From: Phyllobates terribilis
Lineage: Eukaryota
Direction: 5' to 3'
DNA: 64,000 bases
Assembly (NCBI RefSeq): GCF_046119375.1
Contig: NW_027362761.1
Coordinates: 72,912,001-72,976,000 of the forward strand
Part shown: one piece after another, positions 34,521-48,000 of the stretch
Position numbering within the stretch: position 1 is the first letter of the stretch
Layout of the letters: the number at the start of each line of letters is the position of its first letter
Made by a program: the position numbers and the translations under genes
The notes under the pieces: generated by a model
Seen by the model: only the letters and a program-made list of their open reading frames with translations
What the model was told of the DNA's origin: nothing
Database searches by the model: none

Positions 34521-36623
34521 CCCTGTAATGTGCAGGGGAGGGGAGGATATGATAATTAAGCAGAGAGGCAAGCCTGTGGAAAAAAGAATTGATTAAAGTG
34601 GTTTTCTCTGCAATCAGACCTCTATTATGGGCCATACAGGTATGTATAGATTTATTTTTCTATACCCTGTATGGCCATAGTAGAGGTCAGATATCGCCCA
34701 GGGGGGGTGACAGATTCCCGTTAACGGTAAGCAATTAGCTTTCTGACGTAAAGGAATAAGCAGCACCATTGATCATGAATGGTGAGCTGGCCAAAACAGT
34801 TACACAAACACCACAAAATCTTTGCAACTTTTCATGCAAGTCTTCTGGCGTAAAAGTTTTCATGTTTCAGGACCTAGGAGTCTAAAAAAAGCCTGAGTGG
34901 CTTCTGTGAAATCTTCAAGGTAACTTTTTTTTTTTTTTAAATAAGAATCCTAATAAGAAGAAAAAAAATTGCTAGAAAGGATTAAAAAAAAACAAAAACC
35001 CTATTTACACAATAGGTCTTTTTCTGATAGCTTCCCTTTAGGGCTCATGCAGACTGCTGTATTTTCAGTCCAAGCGCGATCTGAGAAAACATTGGATCGC
35101 GTTCAGACCAATGTTAATCTACAAAGCCAGGCACATGTCCAATTCTTACTTGGACAGTCTGATCGAGGTGAGGGGGGTGGGAATGTGATCACCCCCAATT
35201 CTCATATGAGAAAAAAAACCAGTGGTGTTACCCTAGCATAAAAGGTCACAACCTATACACAAGTAACACTCCTTTTTTTAGAACATCTTAAGGAAATGGA
35301 GGGCCTAATTGTATGAGCGAAGTGGCCATAGAGCCCCATCCTACAGGTCTCACTATGTAGCAATGTAATCTTGAAAAGTTACATGCAATAAGTTAACACA
35401 GTATCTGAAGAAATTTTAAAACTATATACACACATAAAATACAGGTGTACTGGCAATCTAGAGCTCCCACGGAACCCTAGGATCCGGTTTGTCATGTGGT
35501 TGTGTAGTCAGGCATCAAAATGACAGGTTAAAAATTTTTTGACAACTGAGCAAAACATTGTGACAAATTTTAGATGTTGACTTTCCCCCATCTGATGATA
35601 GCTATATCTTGAGAGTGAAAATACTGTACAAAGCTAAACTATACGATGCTGTGGGAACAAATAGATATATACATTATATATATCCATTTAGCAAAATGTT
35701 AAGTCTATTTTCATTGCTAGGAAAAAAACATAAAATGGGGCATATTTACTAATCTAGGTGCTCCAGAATTCTGGTATAATGTGCACCAAACACTTTCTTT
35801 TAGGATTTCCACTATACTTACGATGCGTTTTAGATACAAATCGGAAAAGGTATGGCTGGGGGGGGGGGGGGGGGGGGGGGGTATGACCTTGCTGACAAAG
35901 TGTTTCTTACAAGCAAGTAGTGTGGCTTAACGACGCCAAAATTATGGCATACTTTGCTGTATCAAAGTAAGCTAACAAATTTGTCTAGTGTAAGTTTATA
36001 CCTCCTAGTGATGAACCACTTTTATAAACTAGATCATCTTCAATTGCCCCAATTTATCAAAGTTTTTGATCAATATGCACAAGTCTTTCTTTAAAGGGAT
36101 ATAGTTAGATTGTAAGCAATTTTGCAATTTACTGCTCATTAAAATTCAGCTGATCTTCAGATATTAAACCGTTGTTTACAGCTAGTGGCCTAGTAGACCA
36201 ACCATCGCTGCTGTCTAGCTTGTAAGCACTGTGCCGAAACAGGCCAGGATTAGGCGGTAACCATGCTCTCAAGCAATCCTAGAGAGCTTCAAAACAGTAC
36301 TTAGAAGCAGAATAGAAAACAACAAATCATGCACAGTTCTTGCCCTCTTGTTAAGCAGCAGGGGTGGGGGGGGGGGGGGGGGGGGAGTGACTGAATATCT
36401 CAAACAGCTGAAAATTTCAATAACCATTAATTGCAAAGTCGCATGGATTAGAAACACCATGCACAATACCATTTATGAAGATGGTGTGAAGAATATTCAA
36501 GATATAATCCCATGTCAATCATTGTGCCCTGTTTGGCGGGGGATTATAGAGGTCTACAATGTACAGATGTAATCAGACACACTTCTGCAGCTAAAGAAGA
36601 AGTGAGGGGGCTGATGGACAGCG

Positions 36624-37754
36624 AGTGACAAAACCCCCACCTTCGGCTGTGGAGCTGCCCTAGGAGGATCCCCTGTGGACCCCAGCCATGCGGCATGTCC
36701 TATGTGTCCGACAAGTATAATTCAATACAGAGTTATGGGAATACGATGCATCCCAGCGATACACCAAATAGATTTTTGGAATCACACGAACAGGAGGAAT
36801 GTCACCTTAGCTTCCAGCACAGTCTAGTGTGTACGGATGAGGAGATACACAGCCCAGCCTTTCGGAAACCCCTAGGGCCACTGTGTTTGGTCTCCCCGCG
36901 TAGCAGGGGCCCTGCTGGATCCGTTGACACCAAAACCGGCTCCCTAGGACCATCCATTAAGGAAGTATAGCCCATTTTAGTTTTTAGCCAAGACAGACCA
37001 GGGGTGGAGATTTAGGTCCAGCCAGCAGGCAGGAGGGAGGGGTGACCTAGATGGGTTAAGAGCTCCAGCAGTCCTAGCTCAGTGTCTTTTTTCTGGGAGG
37101 TCACGATGACACACCGTGTGGAAGTCCAGCAACAAAGGGGACCACAAGCCTCCCATGTGGCAGCCTCTCCCCACACGCCAGGCCTTCCATCTGACTCTTA
37201 ATATCAGCTTATATCACTATTGTGACCATTATGTATGTATAAACCCTTATGTATAGGTTGTGTTGTCTAGTGTGCCCTTAAGGCGATTAAATATATATTT
37301 TAACCTTGGGCTGCTCTTTTATCTCAATCCACGAACCCTCAAGTCCGTTGTTCGGTCCAACGTACACGCTACCGGGGCTGGTTCCTGACCCGATATAATC
37401 CCCCAGTCCGAGCAGGAATTATATTTAATAGGAACTGGTGGCAGCTATCAGGCTGACAAGGTTCTGTTTCCATGGGGTCAGTGAGAGGGGCCTCTCAGGG
37501 CTGTGAGCGAGTGTGGTGCCACGTCAGTGACTGAGTGGGCCACCTCTTCTCACTCCCGATGCCTTCCTGTAACTGTCTGCAAAGGGGGTGTCTGTGTAGA
37601 ACTGTACCAATCTGACCTTACGCGTCCCCGAGGGGGTGCGGAACGTCACGTTGGTGCAAAGGGCAGATACGCATCACGTGCTCAGTCTGACGTAATTTCA
37701 ACGTCAGGTGGATGGCGAGGTGTGGCTCTGTCACAAGTGGTGGCGGCGGGATTC
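36624..37754 (+). mobile_element. Orphan LTR (about 1.1 kb) followed by a tRNA-Leu-like PBS; internal region missing
   Basis: (A/T)GTGACAAAACCCC start, TGTCACA end at 37735, then TGGTGGCGGCGGGATTC (vs TGGTGGCAGCGGTGGGATTC). Confidence 0.65.
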
Positions 37755-38286
37755 TGCTGGTGCCATTCTTCACAGATGGGAATAACCCTTCAAAAGGGAA
37801 TCTGCCCCTATATCATGCTGCTCTCAGATTACATAGCAAAAACCTGCTGACAGACTCAGATTCCAGTGATGTGTCACTTAATAGGCTGTGTGTTAGTGTG
37901 TCCAGAAAATCTGAGTATTATCAGCAGGAGATTATCACTAGAGGCCTAGGTGTCATGCCTCCTAGTTAGCTTCTCTGTGTAACCAAGCCCCCACCACTGA
38001 TTGGCAGATTTCTGTGCACACTCTATACTGATAGAAAGCTGCTAATCAGTGTTGTGGATGATACAGAACTTAGAATGCTGAGCACTGCTAGATCTGCAGC
38101 AGAGAAAACAGTGATTGTATCAAAATTATAGCATGTAGTCCAGCAAGTGACAAACTGCTGAAATTGGGGTTTCAGCCACCACATCATGCTGCCCTCATAT
38201 AACATAGAAAAAAAAAAAACTAGCAAACCTCAGTGAGTCTTGTGAGATCCAGGACCACTCCTGCTAGCCATCAGCAGACTGAGCAC

Positions 38287-38292
38287 TTTATT
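38287..38292 (-). terminator. Candidate ncbp1 polyadenylation signal AATAAA (3'UTR about 600 nt)
   Basis: tttatt on + at 38287-38292; a U-rich tract follows downstream on the minus strand (38208-38219). Confidence 0.5.
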
Positions 38293-38895
38293 TAAAATGA
38301 TAGTCTGTAGACCACATTGGTTGCTCCATGTGATTTTCAGATTTGATTTGCTCTTTACTTTCAGGATCATGCTATCACTAAGCAAGTTAAAAATACAGAG
38401 CATCAGCAAATAAAAACAAAAAGTATCTTTTGTATTTAAATTGAGACACTTTCAACAAAAATACATTTGATGGGAAGGTAATGAAAAAATGCAAGCAAAA
38501 ATTGCACATCTGTAGATAGAAAAAATAAAAATAAGGACATTGTTTAGTAATATCCCCTCTGACTCCGTACTTCACATTACAACACGGAGACCTAGCAAAA
38601 CATTAAAATAGTCTAAGGTAATGACTACAAATATGTTGAGGATGGAGGAGCGTAAGGACTAAAGCATCATGGCTAATAAAAATAAAAAAAAACAAAAAAA
38701 AAAAAAAATAACTGTTTTACAACTATTTCATACGTTGTTTTCAATCTGAAGACTGATATTTTAAATACTACAAAATCCTGCACTCAGTTGATTTTTAGCA
38801 CATCAATGTTTGAGGTCCTTGATAAAAGCATTGCCAGGCATGTTCTCACAAGTCTCCCACTGCAGAGCAGAGACATTAGACAGTAGCTTGGTTGT

Positions 38896-39009
38896 CTAAG
38901 CCTGCAATGCACAGAACTGCTGGAAGACTGTCAGGATGTGATGGTCCAGTTCTCCTGTGAACAAGAGGTTCTCCAAAGTCACCATGTATTGCTGGATTAT
39001 CTGATGATG
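38896..39009 (-). CDS. ncbp1: ncbp1 last coding exon [37 protein letters not shown]
   Basis: gcttag acceptor; TAG stop at 38896-38898. Confidence 0.96.
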   Translation of the reverse strand, partial: HHQIIQQYMVTLENLLFTGELDHHILTVFQQFCALQA

Positions 39010-42000
39010 CTAAGCAAAAGGAAAAAAAACAAAAAAACAATGAGAAATCTTCCCCGCTCTACATTTGTGTAACTCAAAATCAACCTTTTAATTTAGCCAT
39101 ATACCAACCAGTAGAAAGATTTGCTGCAGTCTCTCTATGCAGTTCTTATACCAGGGAGTAATCACATCAATGCCTCCGGTTTCACATCGAACCAAGTGCT
39201 CTGTGAGGATCATAATAAAACGCTAAAAAAAAAAAAAATAAATAAATATAAAAAAATATATATAATTGGATTCAGGCTGGAGGAGACTATAGGGATGAAA
39301 AGGGCAATGAAAAATACATTATTTTTTGTATTACCTGGAAAATTACAAGAAAAAGATTTTTTTGTTCACTCTGCGCAGACTCCACTTTTTCTTGCAAGCG
39401 CTCAATTTGTTCCTCCAGGGGCCCATCCTCCCTTCCACTGTCGTCATCGTTATCTCTCTAAAAATACACATGAATACTTACATCATATAAAGTGAAGGGA
39501 TTTTCTAGCTTTAGAAAACCTTTGGCTGCAGTTTATTTTAACCCCTTCCCAAACGAGGGCGATTTCTTAATTTTCATTTTTCTCTCCACTTGTTGCAAGA
39601 GCTATAAAAATTAATTTTTCCTTCCAAATGGCCATATAAAAGCTTGCATTTTTTTTCAGAACAAGTTTTAGTTTTCAAAGTTTTCATAATACCATTCAAT
39701 GTACTGAAAAAAATATATATATATACAAGTGTGGTGAAATTGTGCAAGAAAAGCAATGCAGTATAAATTGACGTGTCAGGAGGATTCTCCAGAAAAGTAG
39801 AATTACAGCGATACCAAACTATTTTTTTTTTATTATTATCCAAGTGGCAAAAAAATAAATAAATGTAAATTCACAAAAAACTTTAGCTTGTATCGCTACG
39901 TTCCAAGACTTGTGGCGTTTTCAATTAATGGAAGTTGTCGAGTACTTGCTTTTTCTGCCTGATAAGCTGCGATTTTTTTAATCGATACCAGTTTGTTACA
40001 TGCAAAATTTTGATTGCTGCTTGCATTTTTTTTTTTTTTGAAGTGTTTCAATTTAAAAACCACAATTTTGCTGTTTCGATTTCTCTTTATGGTGTTTACT
40101 AGCATGGTTAATTTTAATAAACCAGACTTATGTAAACGGCAATGCAAAACATGTTCGTTTTTGAAAATGTACCGTAATTCTTTATTTAAAAATGGAAGAA
40201 AAGAGCAACGATTCAAATTATTAACTTTTTAACCCTTTTTCATTCAATCACTGGTACTATACATACACTGCAATATAAAAACATTGCAGTATATAGTGTA
40301 AATCTTCACGGCCGCAATCAGGCAATCGGCTACATGGAAGCCGATAAGCTATTTTATAGCACGATTAAACCATCCGACCACACTTCTATGCGCACAGAAC
40401 AAACATTAGTACAATTGTGCTGGGCACATAGATCAAACACATTATCTGAAGTACATCTCCTGTGTACACAGCACGTGCTGCAGAGAATGAGGATTTTTAA
40501 AGGAAGCTTGAAAATTATCTCGCCTGACGAATGATAGTTTTCCTTGCATCTCAGGTGACTGCCAGCCAGTATTTAGACATGCCAATTATCATGAAGGAGC
40601 ATTTGAAGTAATGCTTGTCCCCAATTATCAGCCAGTGTAAGAGGCACTAAATCGAATACTGTAAGAACACACCTATTAGAAAGCTCATATAGATCCCAAA
40701 ATAGTATTAATAAAACCTTCAGCTCTGAGTGCAAAAACAAAACAAAGCTCATCAATGTAGAGGTAGGTATTTGAAACAAAATACAACCTTATACACTTGG
40801 TATTGCCGTAATCATACCGACCTTAAAGATCATATTTCCAGGTCAATTTTACTGCACAATGAATGCCATAAAAACAATGGCTCTTTTTCACTGTATTTCA
40901 GTACATTAAATGATTATCTTAATGGGTCATTGAAAACTATTGTTACAATGGAAACACACCAAAGTGCAGGAAGAAAGGAGCTTAAAAATATATCTATCTA
41001 TCTAATGGTCATGAGGTTAAAAAACTAAGAATATGTATTATAACCAATACATCATTACTTAATAATATAACCGATGAATTTAGCAGTCAACAGCTGTGAC
41101 TGGGGTTGATGGCAGGGTTGGCTGCTTACCCGCTTGTGCTGCTTGGCTAGGCGTTGCTTTGCATCCTCCAGCTCCTTCTGGATTTTTTGGACATGCTTAC
41201 TCATTTTCCTAACTGTGGAGTGCAAAGTTTCCCATATGTATAACCTAATAAAAATATATTTAAAAGTTATTTCTAAAAGGCAGAGTAACAACACTTGTTT
41301 TATGAGAAAATCATTTTTATAGTCCATGCATTGGCCATCTATGTGCTGCTGTTATGCAGGGCTAGGACAGAAGACAATATATACACAACGAGGCTAAAAG
41401 TATGTCGACACCTGATGGCCACACACATCTGCGTTTGTTAAAGACTCATCTGGAAAGTATGGACAATTATGTGGAAGTGTTCTCTACTTGGCCGCTTTAA
41501 CAGTCCTCACTGGTCAGACTCACTTAGAATATAGACATATATAAATGAGGTCAAGTGTTCAGCAGATCAAAACACATTTATTTAAAGTAGCCTACTAGCA
41601 GTAGTCTCTAGATAATTGTATGATATTACATGATTGCCATTCACTTTTACATGCACAGCTGGCAGGTATCATGCATTTGCCCTGTTAGGCACCAGTCAGG
41701 GGACTTCACAAAACCTCAGGAGAGGATGACATTTAAAACCTTTTCATTGGAAGTACAAAAGAACTAAAATTTTTTTTGTCACAAAACTCCTCCTTTAAAA
41801 AGAGAATGTGTCACAATTTGTATTTTTTAATTATATAACCATTTATTTTTAAAGGGAATCTGTCAGTAGGATCAACCCTCCTAAGCAGTCTATATGGAGA
41901 TGTAGGTCATAGGAAGCTGAATAAAGCGATACCTTGATGTCTGTGATCCAATGGCTTATTCCAGAGAAATTCACCTTTTTTACTTATATGTAAATAAGTT

Positions 42001-45000
42001 GTTCAGGACTATGGGCCGGACAAAGGATTTTAATGAAAATCAGCCTCCGGAGCTTATAGTGCCAGTGTGATATGTAATGGCTGCTCTCCTGATCTCACTG
42101 CAGAGCTGTGTGTGATTACAACTGACCGCCTATGAGATGCAACCTTCAGGTGAGTGTTGCAAATTTGTTGCAATACAGCAAAGTTGCGAGAGCTGCAGCT
42201 GCTAACGTGTTTGCGATTATACAAAATTCAGTTGTACTGCACTGTGTTTGTTACAGGACGCACACTGATAACACATCTTTTTATTAAAAATAAGCTCTGG
42301 AGACAGATTCTCATGCAGATCGGTGTCCAGCCCATAGATCTTAACAGCTCATTTACATATAAGAAAAACCATGGATCTCTCTGGAATAAGACATTGGATC
42401 GTAGATATCAAGGTATCACGTTACTCCACTTCCTATAAACTGCATGCCCATATAGAGGATTTAAGAGGGTTGATCCTACTGACATACACTACCGTTCAAA
42501 AGTTTGGGGTCATTTAGAAATTTCATTATTTTTGAAAGAAAAGCACTTTTTTTTTTTCAATGAAGGCAACATTAAATGAATCAGAAATACACTCTATACA
42601 TTGTTAATGTGGTAAATGACTATTCTAGCTGCAAACGTCTTGTTTTTATTGCAATATCTACATAGGTGTATAGAGGCCCATTTCCAACAACCACCACTCC
42701 AGTGTTTTAATGGTGCATTGTGTTTGCTAACTGTGTAAGAAGGCTAATGGATGTTTAGAAAACCCTTGCACAAGTAGGTTAGCCCAGCTGAAAACTGTTT
42801 GGCTGATTTGAGAAGCTATAAAATTATAAAATTGACCTTCCTTTGAGCTAGTTGAGAATCTAGAGCATTACATTTGTTTGTTCTATGAAACTCTCAAAAT
42901 GGCCAGAAAAAGACAACTTTCATGTGAAACTCAACAGTCTATTCTTGTTCTTAGAAATGAAGGCTATTCCATGAGAGAAACTGCCAAGAAACTGAAGATT
43001 TCCTACAACGGTGGGTACTACTCCCTTCAGAGGAGAGCACAAACAGGCTCTAACCAGAGTAGGAAGAGAAGTGGGAGGCCCCGCTGCACAACTGAGCAAC
43101 AAGACAAGTACATTAGAGTCTCTAGTTTGAGAAATCGACACCTCACAGCTCCTCAACTGGCAGCTTCATTAAATAGTACACGCAAAACGCCAGTTACATT
43201 CAAAAAGTCAAATGGCGCTCCTTCCCTTCCAAACTCTGCCGTGCGCCCAAACAGTGTTTTTTCCTCACATATGGGGTATCTGCGTGCTCAGGGGAAATTG
43301 CACAACAAATTTTGGGGTACATTTTTTCCGGTTATCCGTGCGAAAATAAAAAAATTTGGGTCTAAAGTAACATTTTTGTGAAAAAAGTTAAATGTTCATT
43401 TTTTTCTTCCACATTCCAAAAATTCCTGTGAAGCACCTGAAGGGTTAATAAACTTCTTGAATGTGGTTTTGAGCACCTTGAGGGGTGCAGTTTTTAGAAT
43501 GGTGTCACTTTTGGGCATTTCTGTCAAAGGCCCCTCAAAGTCAAGTCAAACGTGATGTGGTCTCTAAAAAAAATGGTCGCTAAGACCAAGGCTCGGCTAG
43601 CCCACTTGTTTTATTGGCCTAAGATGGGGACAGCAGTAGCTGCCTACTGCCATTCGTGTGTCACCTGTCAGAGGATGGGGAAGGCGGGGCCAGGCCCTAA
43701 AGCCCCATTGATACCTCTGCCCATAATAGGTGAGCCTTTCCAGCGGATTGCTGTGGACCTCATTGGGCCGCTGCCCATTCCCAGCAGCTCCGGGAAACGC
43801 TACATACTAACGGTAGTAGACTACGCTACTAGGTACCCAGATGCTGTCGCGCTGTCCTCCATCCGGGCAGACGTAGTGGCCAAAGCCCTGCTGGAAATCT
43901 TCACAAGTGTTGGTTTCCCCCAGGAGATGCTCACGGACCGAGGGACCCAGGTCATGTCTGACTTGATGCAGAGCCTGTGTAAGCAAACAGGGGTGCAACA
44001 TCTGGTGTCCAGCCCGTATCACCCACAGACTAATGGCCTGTGTGAACGGTTCAATGGCACGTTGAAACAGGTGATGTCTTTCTTGGGTACGGCCGGGTAC
44101 TATAGGAAGTTCGTACAGAACTATAGTGCCCTGGCCAAGCCCCTGACAGACCTCACCAAGAAGAAGCTGCCGCAAGCTGTCAACTGAACAGCGGACTGCG
44201 AGCGCTCCTTCCAGGCCTTGAAAGCTGCCCTGGCGGCAGCCCCTGTACTCCAGGCGTACGACGACTCCCGGCCGCTTGTAGTACAGACTGACGCCAGCAC
44301 CTACGGACTCGGTGCAGTGCTGACTCAGCAGGTCAAGAGCACCCTGTTCAATACCTCAGTCGGAAACTTCTGCCGAGGGAAGTGGCCTACTCTACGGTGG
44401 AGAAGGAATGCCTTTACATCAGCAAAATTGTGCTGATGTAAAGTAGACATGTGGGAAATGTTATTTATTAACTATTTTGTGTGACATATCTCTCTGATTT
44501 AAGGGCATAAAAATGTAAATTTTGAAAATTGCAAAATTTTCGCCAAATTTTAGATTTTTTCACAAATAAACGCAAGTGATATCGAAGAAATTTTACCACT
44601 ATCATGAAGTACAATATGTCAAGAAAAAACAATCTCAGAATCAGGGGGATACGTTGAAGCGTTCCAGAGTACTTACCTCAAAGTGACAGTGGTCAGAATT
44701 GTAAAAATTGGCCTGGTCATTAACGTGCAAACCACCCTCGGGGGTAAAGGGGTTAAAACAAAAATCAAAGAAAATAATAAATACACACATGAGCTAGTCC
44801 AAATCGGAAAAATAGATTATTGAGGAGAAAAAAAAAAAAAGGGTAGAATTAAATTTCTCTGGCCATCGCAACATGGTATCTACCCCAAAATAGTAGCATT
44901 AAATTGGTCAGCTCAGGACACAAAAAATAAGCCCTCATACAGTCCCATAGTCCGAAAATTGAAAACATTACAAGTCTCGAAAAATGACAAAAGCAAAAAA

Positions 45001-48000
45001 AAAAAAAAAAAAAAAGTATGGCTCCTGGAAGAAGGGGAGTAAAGACGTAGTTACTTACCGGTAACGGGATTTCTCAGAGCCCATGATGGCACCACGGAGA
45101 GAGGGGATCCGCCCTTCAAGGACAGGAAACCTACAGATAAAAAGGGCGGCACCTCCCGCATCAGTTGTTTACAGAGCACAGAGAGGACCCCCAGGTTAGT
45201 AACACAAAATGTAACATTTTTTAAGGAGTTTACCAGACACACCTCGTTGCTACATATAAGTAACAAATAAGTGTGTACACCCATGCGTGAAAGGAGGGAA
45301 TGTACGGGTGCCGTCATGGGCTCTGAGAAATCCCGTTACCGGTAAGTAACTACGTCTTTCTCCTTCCCCCATGACGGCACAACGGAGAGAATTGCAGAGA
45401 AGTGTCATTAAGGCTATGTGCCCACGTTGCATTTATGAAGCAGAAAATTTCTGCTGCATAAATGCAAGTCCTCTCCCGGAAAAACGCATGCGGAATTCCG
45501 CACGCGTTTATCGCGCTTTTTTCGCGCGTTTATCACGCGTTTTCCACATGCGGAATTGCCTTGCGTTTTTTATGCATTGAACAAAGGCAATTCTGCTTGC
45601 GGAAACGCAAAATTAAATGACATGCTGCGGATTTTTGAACGCAGCATAAACGCTGCGGAAAAATCCGCAGCATGTGCATAGAACTTGCGGAATCCCATTG
45701 GGGACCATGGGGTGCGTGTTACCAAGCGTTTTTCAAGCGTTTACGCTGCGGAAATTCCGCATCAAAAACGCTTGAAAAATGCTACGTGGGCACACAGCCT
45801 TAGGGAGGGACCACGGCTTCCAGAACCCTTCTACCAAAGGTAAGGTCTGAAGAAAAAGGTTAGATCTAGCCGGTAGTGCTTAAAGAATGTAGGGGGGGGG
45901 GGGGGGAGACCAGGTTGCGCTCTACATATCTGTTTGATTGAAGATCCGGCTTTCTCCGCCCAGGAGGCAGCTACTGCCCTAGTCGAGTGAGCCTTTAGAT
46001 TCTCCGGGGCGGTTTCCCCGCTTGACGAGTATGCCAGGGAGATGGCGTCTCTTATCCATCTTGCCAGAGTGCCCTTGGAAGCTTTTCGTCCCTTCCGAGG
46101 TCCCTGGAAGCACAGAAAGAGAGACCTATCCTTCCTATACTCCCATGTGACCTCCAAGTATTGGATAATGCATCTTCTGACATCTAAGGTGTGTAGGTCT
46201 TTTTCCCCCCGTTTTTAGGATTTGGGCAAAAGGAAGGGAGGGTGACCTCCTGCGATCTATGGAAGTGTGTTCTCACCTTAGGAAGGTATGCTGGGTCAGT
46301 CCTAAGTGTCACCCTGTCCTCTAGGATTTGCGTGAAGGGGGGGCCCCTGCTGATAGGGCCTGTATGTCGCTAACTCTTCGTGCCGATGTGAGAGCTACCA
46401 AGAGTGACGTCTTAAGAGATAGGGCTTTTAGAGCTGCATCCGTTAAAGGTTCAAAGGGATGTTTGGTTAGGGCTGAAAGAACTAAGTTTAAGTCCCAAGG
46501 AGGAGTATCCAGGAGGGGGATGGGCCTAGACCTGTGTGATGCCTTGATGAACCTAGAAATCCACCTATTTCTGGCCAGGTCGCAGTTGTATAGGGCTCCT
46601 AATGCTGCAACTTGAACCTTTAGAGTGCTTGTGGCCAGACCCCGCTCTAACCCCTTTTGTAGGAACTCTAAGATGGAAGTAATGGGGGCCTCCCCTTGTA
46701 CCTTCGAACCCAAATACGAGAGGAATTTTTTCCAGGTTTTACCGTAAAGTCTGGTGGTTAAGGGCTTCCTACTCTGTAGTAGTGTGGAGATCAAATTCTG
46801 GGAAAAACCTCTATCCCTTAAGAGCGCCCTCTCAAAATCCAGGCTGTCAAGTGTAGATTTGCTACCTGAGGATGGAGGACCGGTCCCTGGAAAAGGAGAT
46901 CTGGAATTTCCAGAAGAATCCAGGGGTCGGAGGTGGACATTATCCTCAGTCAGGAAAACCAGGGCCTCTTTAGCTAGAAGGGGGCTATCAAGATTATGTT
47001 GCCTTGTCTTCCCCGACTTTCCTCAGAACTGCCGGAATCAGAGCGATCGGAGGAAAGGCATAGGCTAGCTGGTGGTTCCATGGGATTGAGAAAGCATCTA
47101 ATGCTGCTGGGTTCCCCTTGGGGTTTATTGAGCAGAATATGTCCACTTTTTTGTTCTGCCAGTTGGCGAATAGGTCTATGGAAGGGTTTCCCCACATTTC
47201 CATGAGTCGGTTGAACACTAACTGATTCGCCCTGTCTCAGCTGGGTTCGGCTCAGGAAGTCTGCTGTGAGATTTTCTGTTCCTTTTATGTGGAGTGCAGA
47301 CAGACTCCAAATTGTTCTCGGCTAACTGGAGGATGGATTTTGATACTTGTAGTAGAGAATGGAACCGGGTCCCCCCCTGTTGATTTAAGTATGCCACTAC
47401 TACTCTGTTGTCCGAGAACACTCTTACATGGTGTCCCTGTAGAGTGTTTAGAAATTTTGAGGGGGCGAATTTTACTGCCAGAAGTTCCTTCATGTTGGAA
47501 GATACCCTTTTCAAATCCTCTGTCCAGACCCCCTGAGCTATTTGGTCATTTAGGTGAGCCCCCCACCCCCTGGGGCTTGCATCTGTAGTTAGGACCTGCG
47601 ACACTGAGATCGTCCATGGAACGCCTCTGGTTAAACTGTCCACCTCTGTCCACCAGGTTAGGGAAAGAAAGGTTTTTGATGACAAAATTAGCCGACCTAA
47701 GTATCCTTTTAGTGATTTTTCTGCCCCCAAGATTTCCCATTGTAAGTCCCTGGTGTGTACCTGAGCCCAACGGACCCCCCGGGATACAAGCAGTCATGGA
47801 ACCTAGAAGGGACATTGCTTTCCGCAGAGTCAGAGTGGTGGTCTTTTACACGAGATATCCGGGCTATCATATTCTGGATTTAACCTGCCAGGAGTCGGCA
47901 TTCCTGATTCCTCAAATTTAATGAGATGCCTAGATACTGTTGTACTTGGTCCAGCTCCAACTTGGACTTTTTTAGGTTTAGAAGCCAGCCTAAATTAGTC

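Noticed and set aside
1-38200. Expected syntenic neighbour xpa (tail-to-tail with NCBP1 in human) on the + strand
   Set aside because: I scanned the non-TE gaps (10.1-10.9, 12.0-13.8 and 34.5-36.6 kb) and found no XPA-like peptide or convincing exon. It may lie outside the window.
40573-40700. Exon-like segment on the minus strand (tttctaatag|GTGTG..., ORF 40573..40779)
   Set aside because: The translation matches no NCBP1 sequence, and the flanking ncbp1 exons already join in phase without it.
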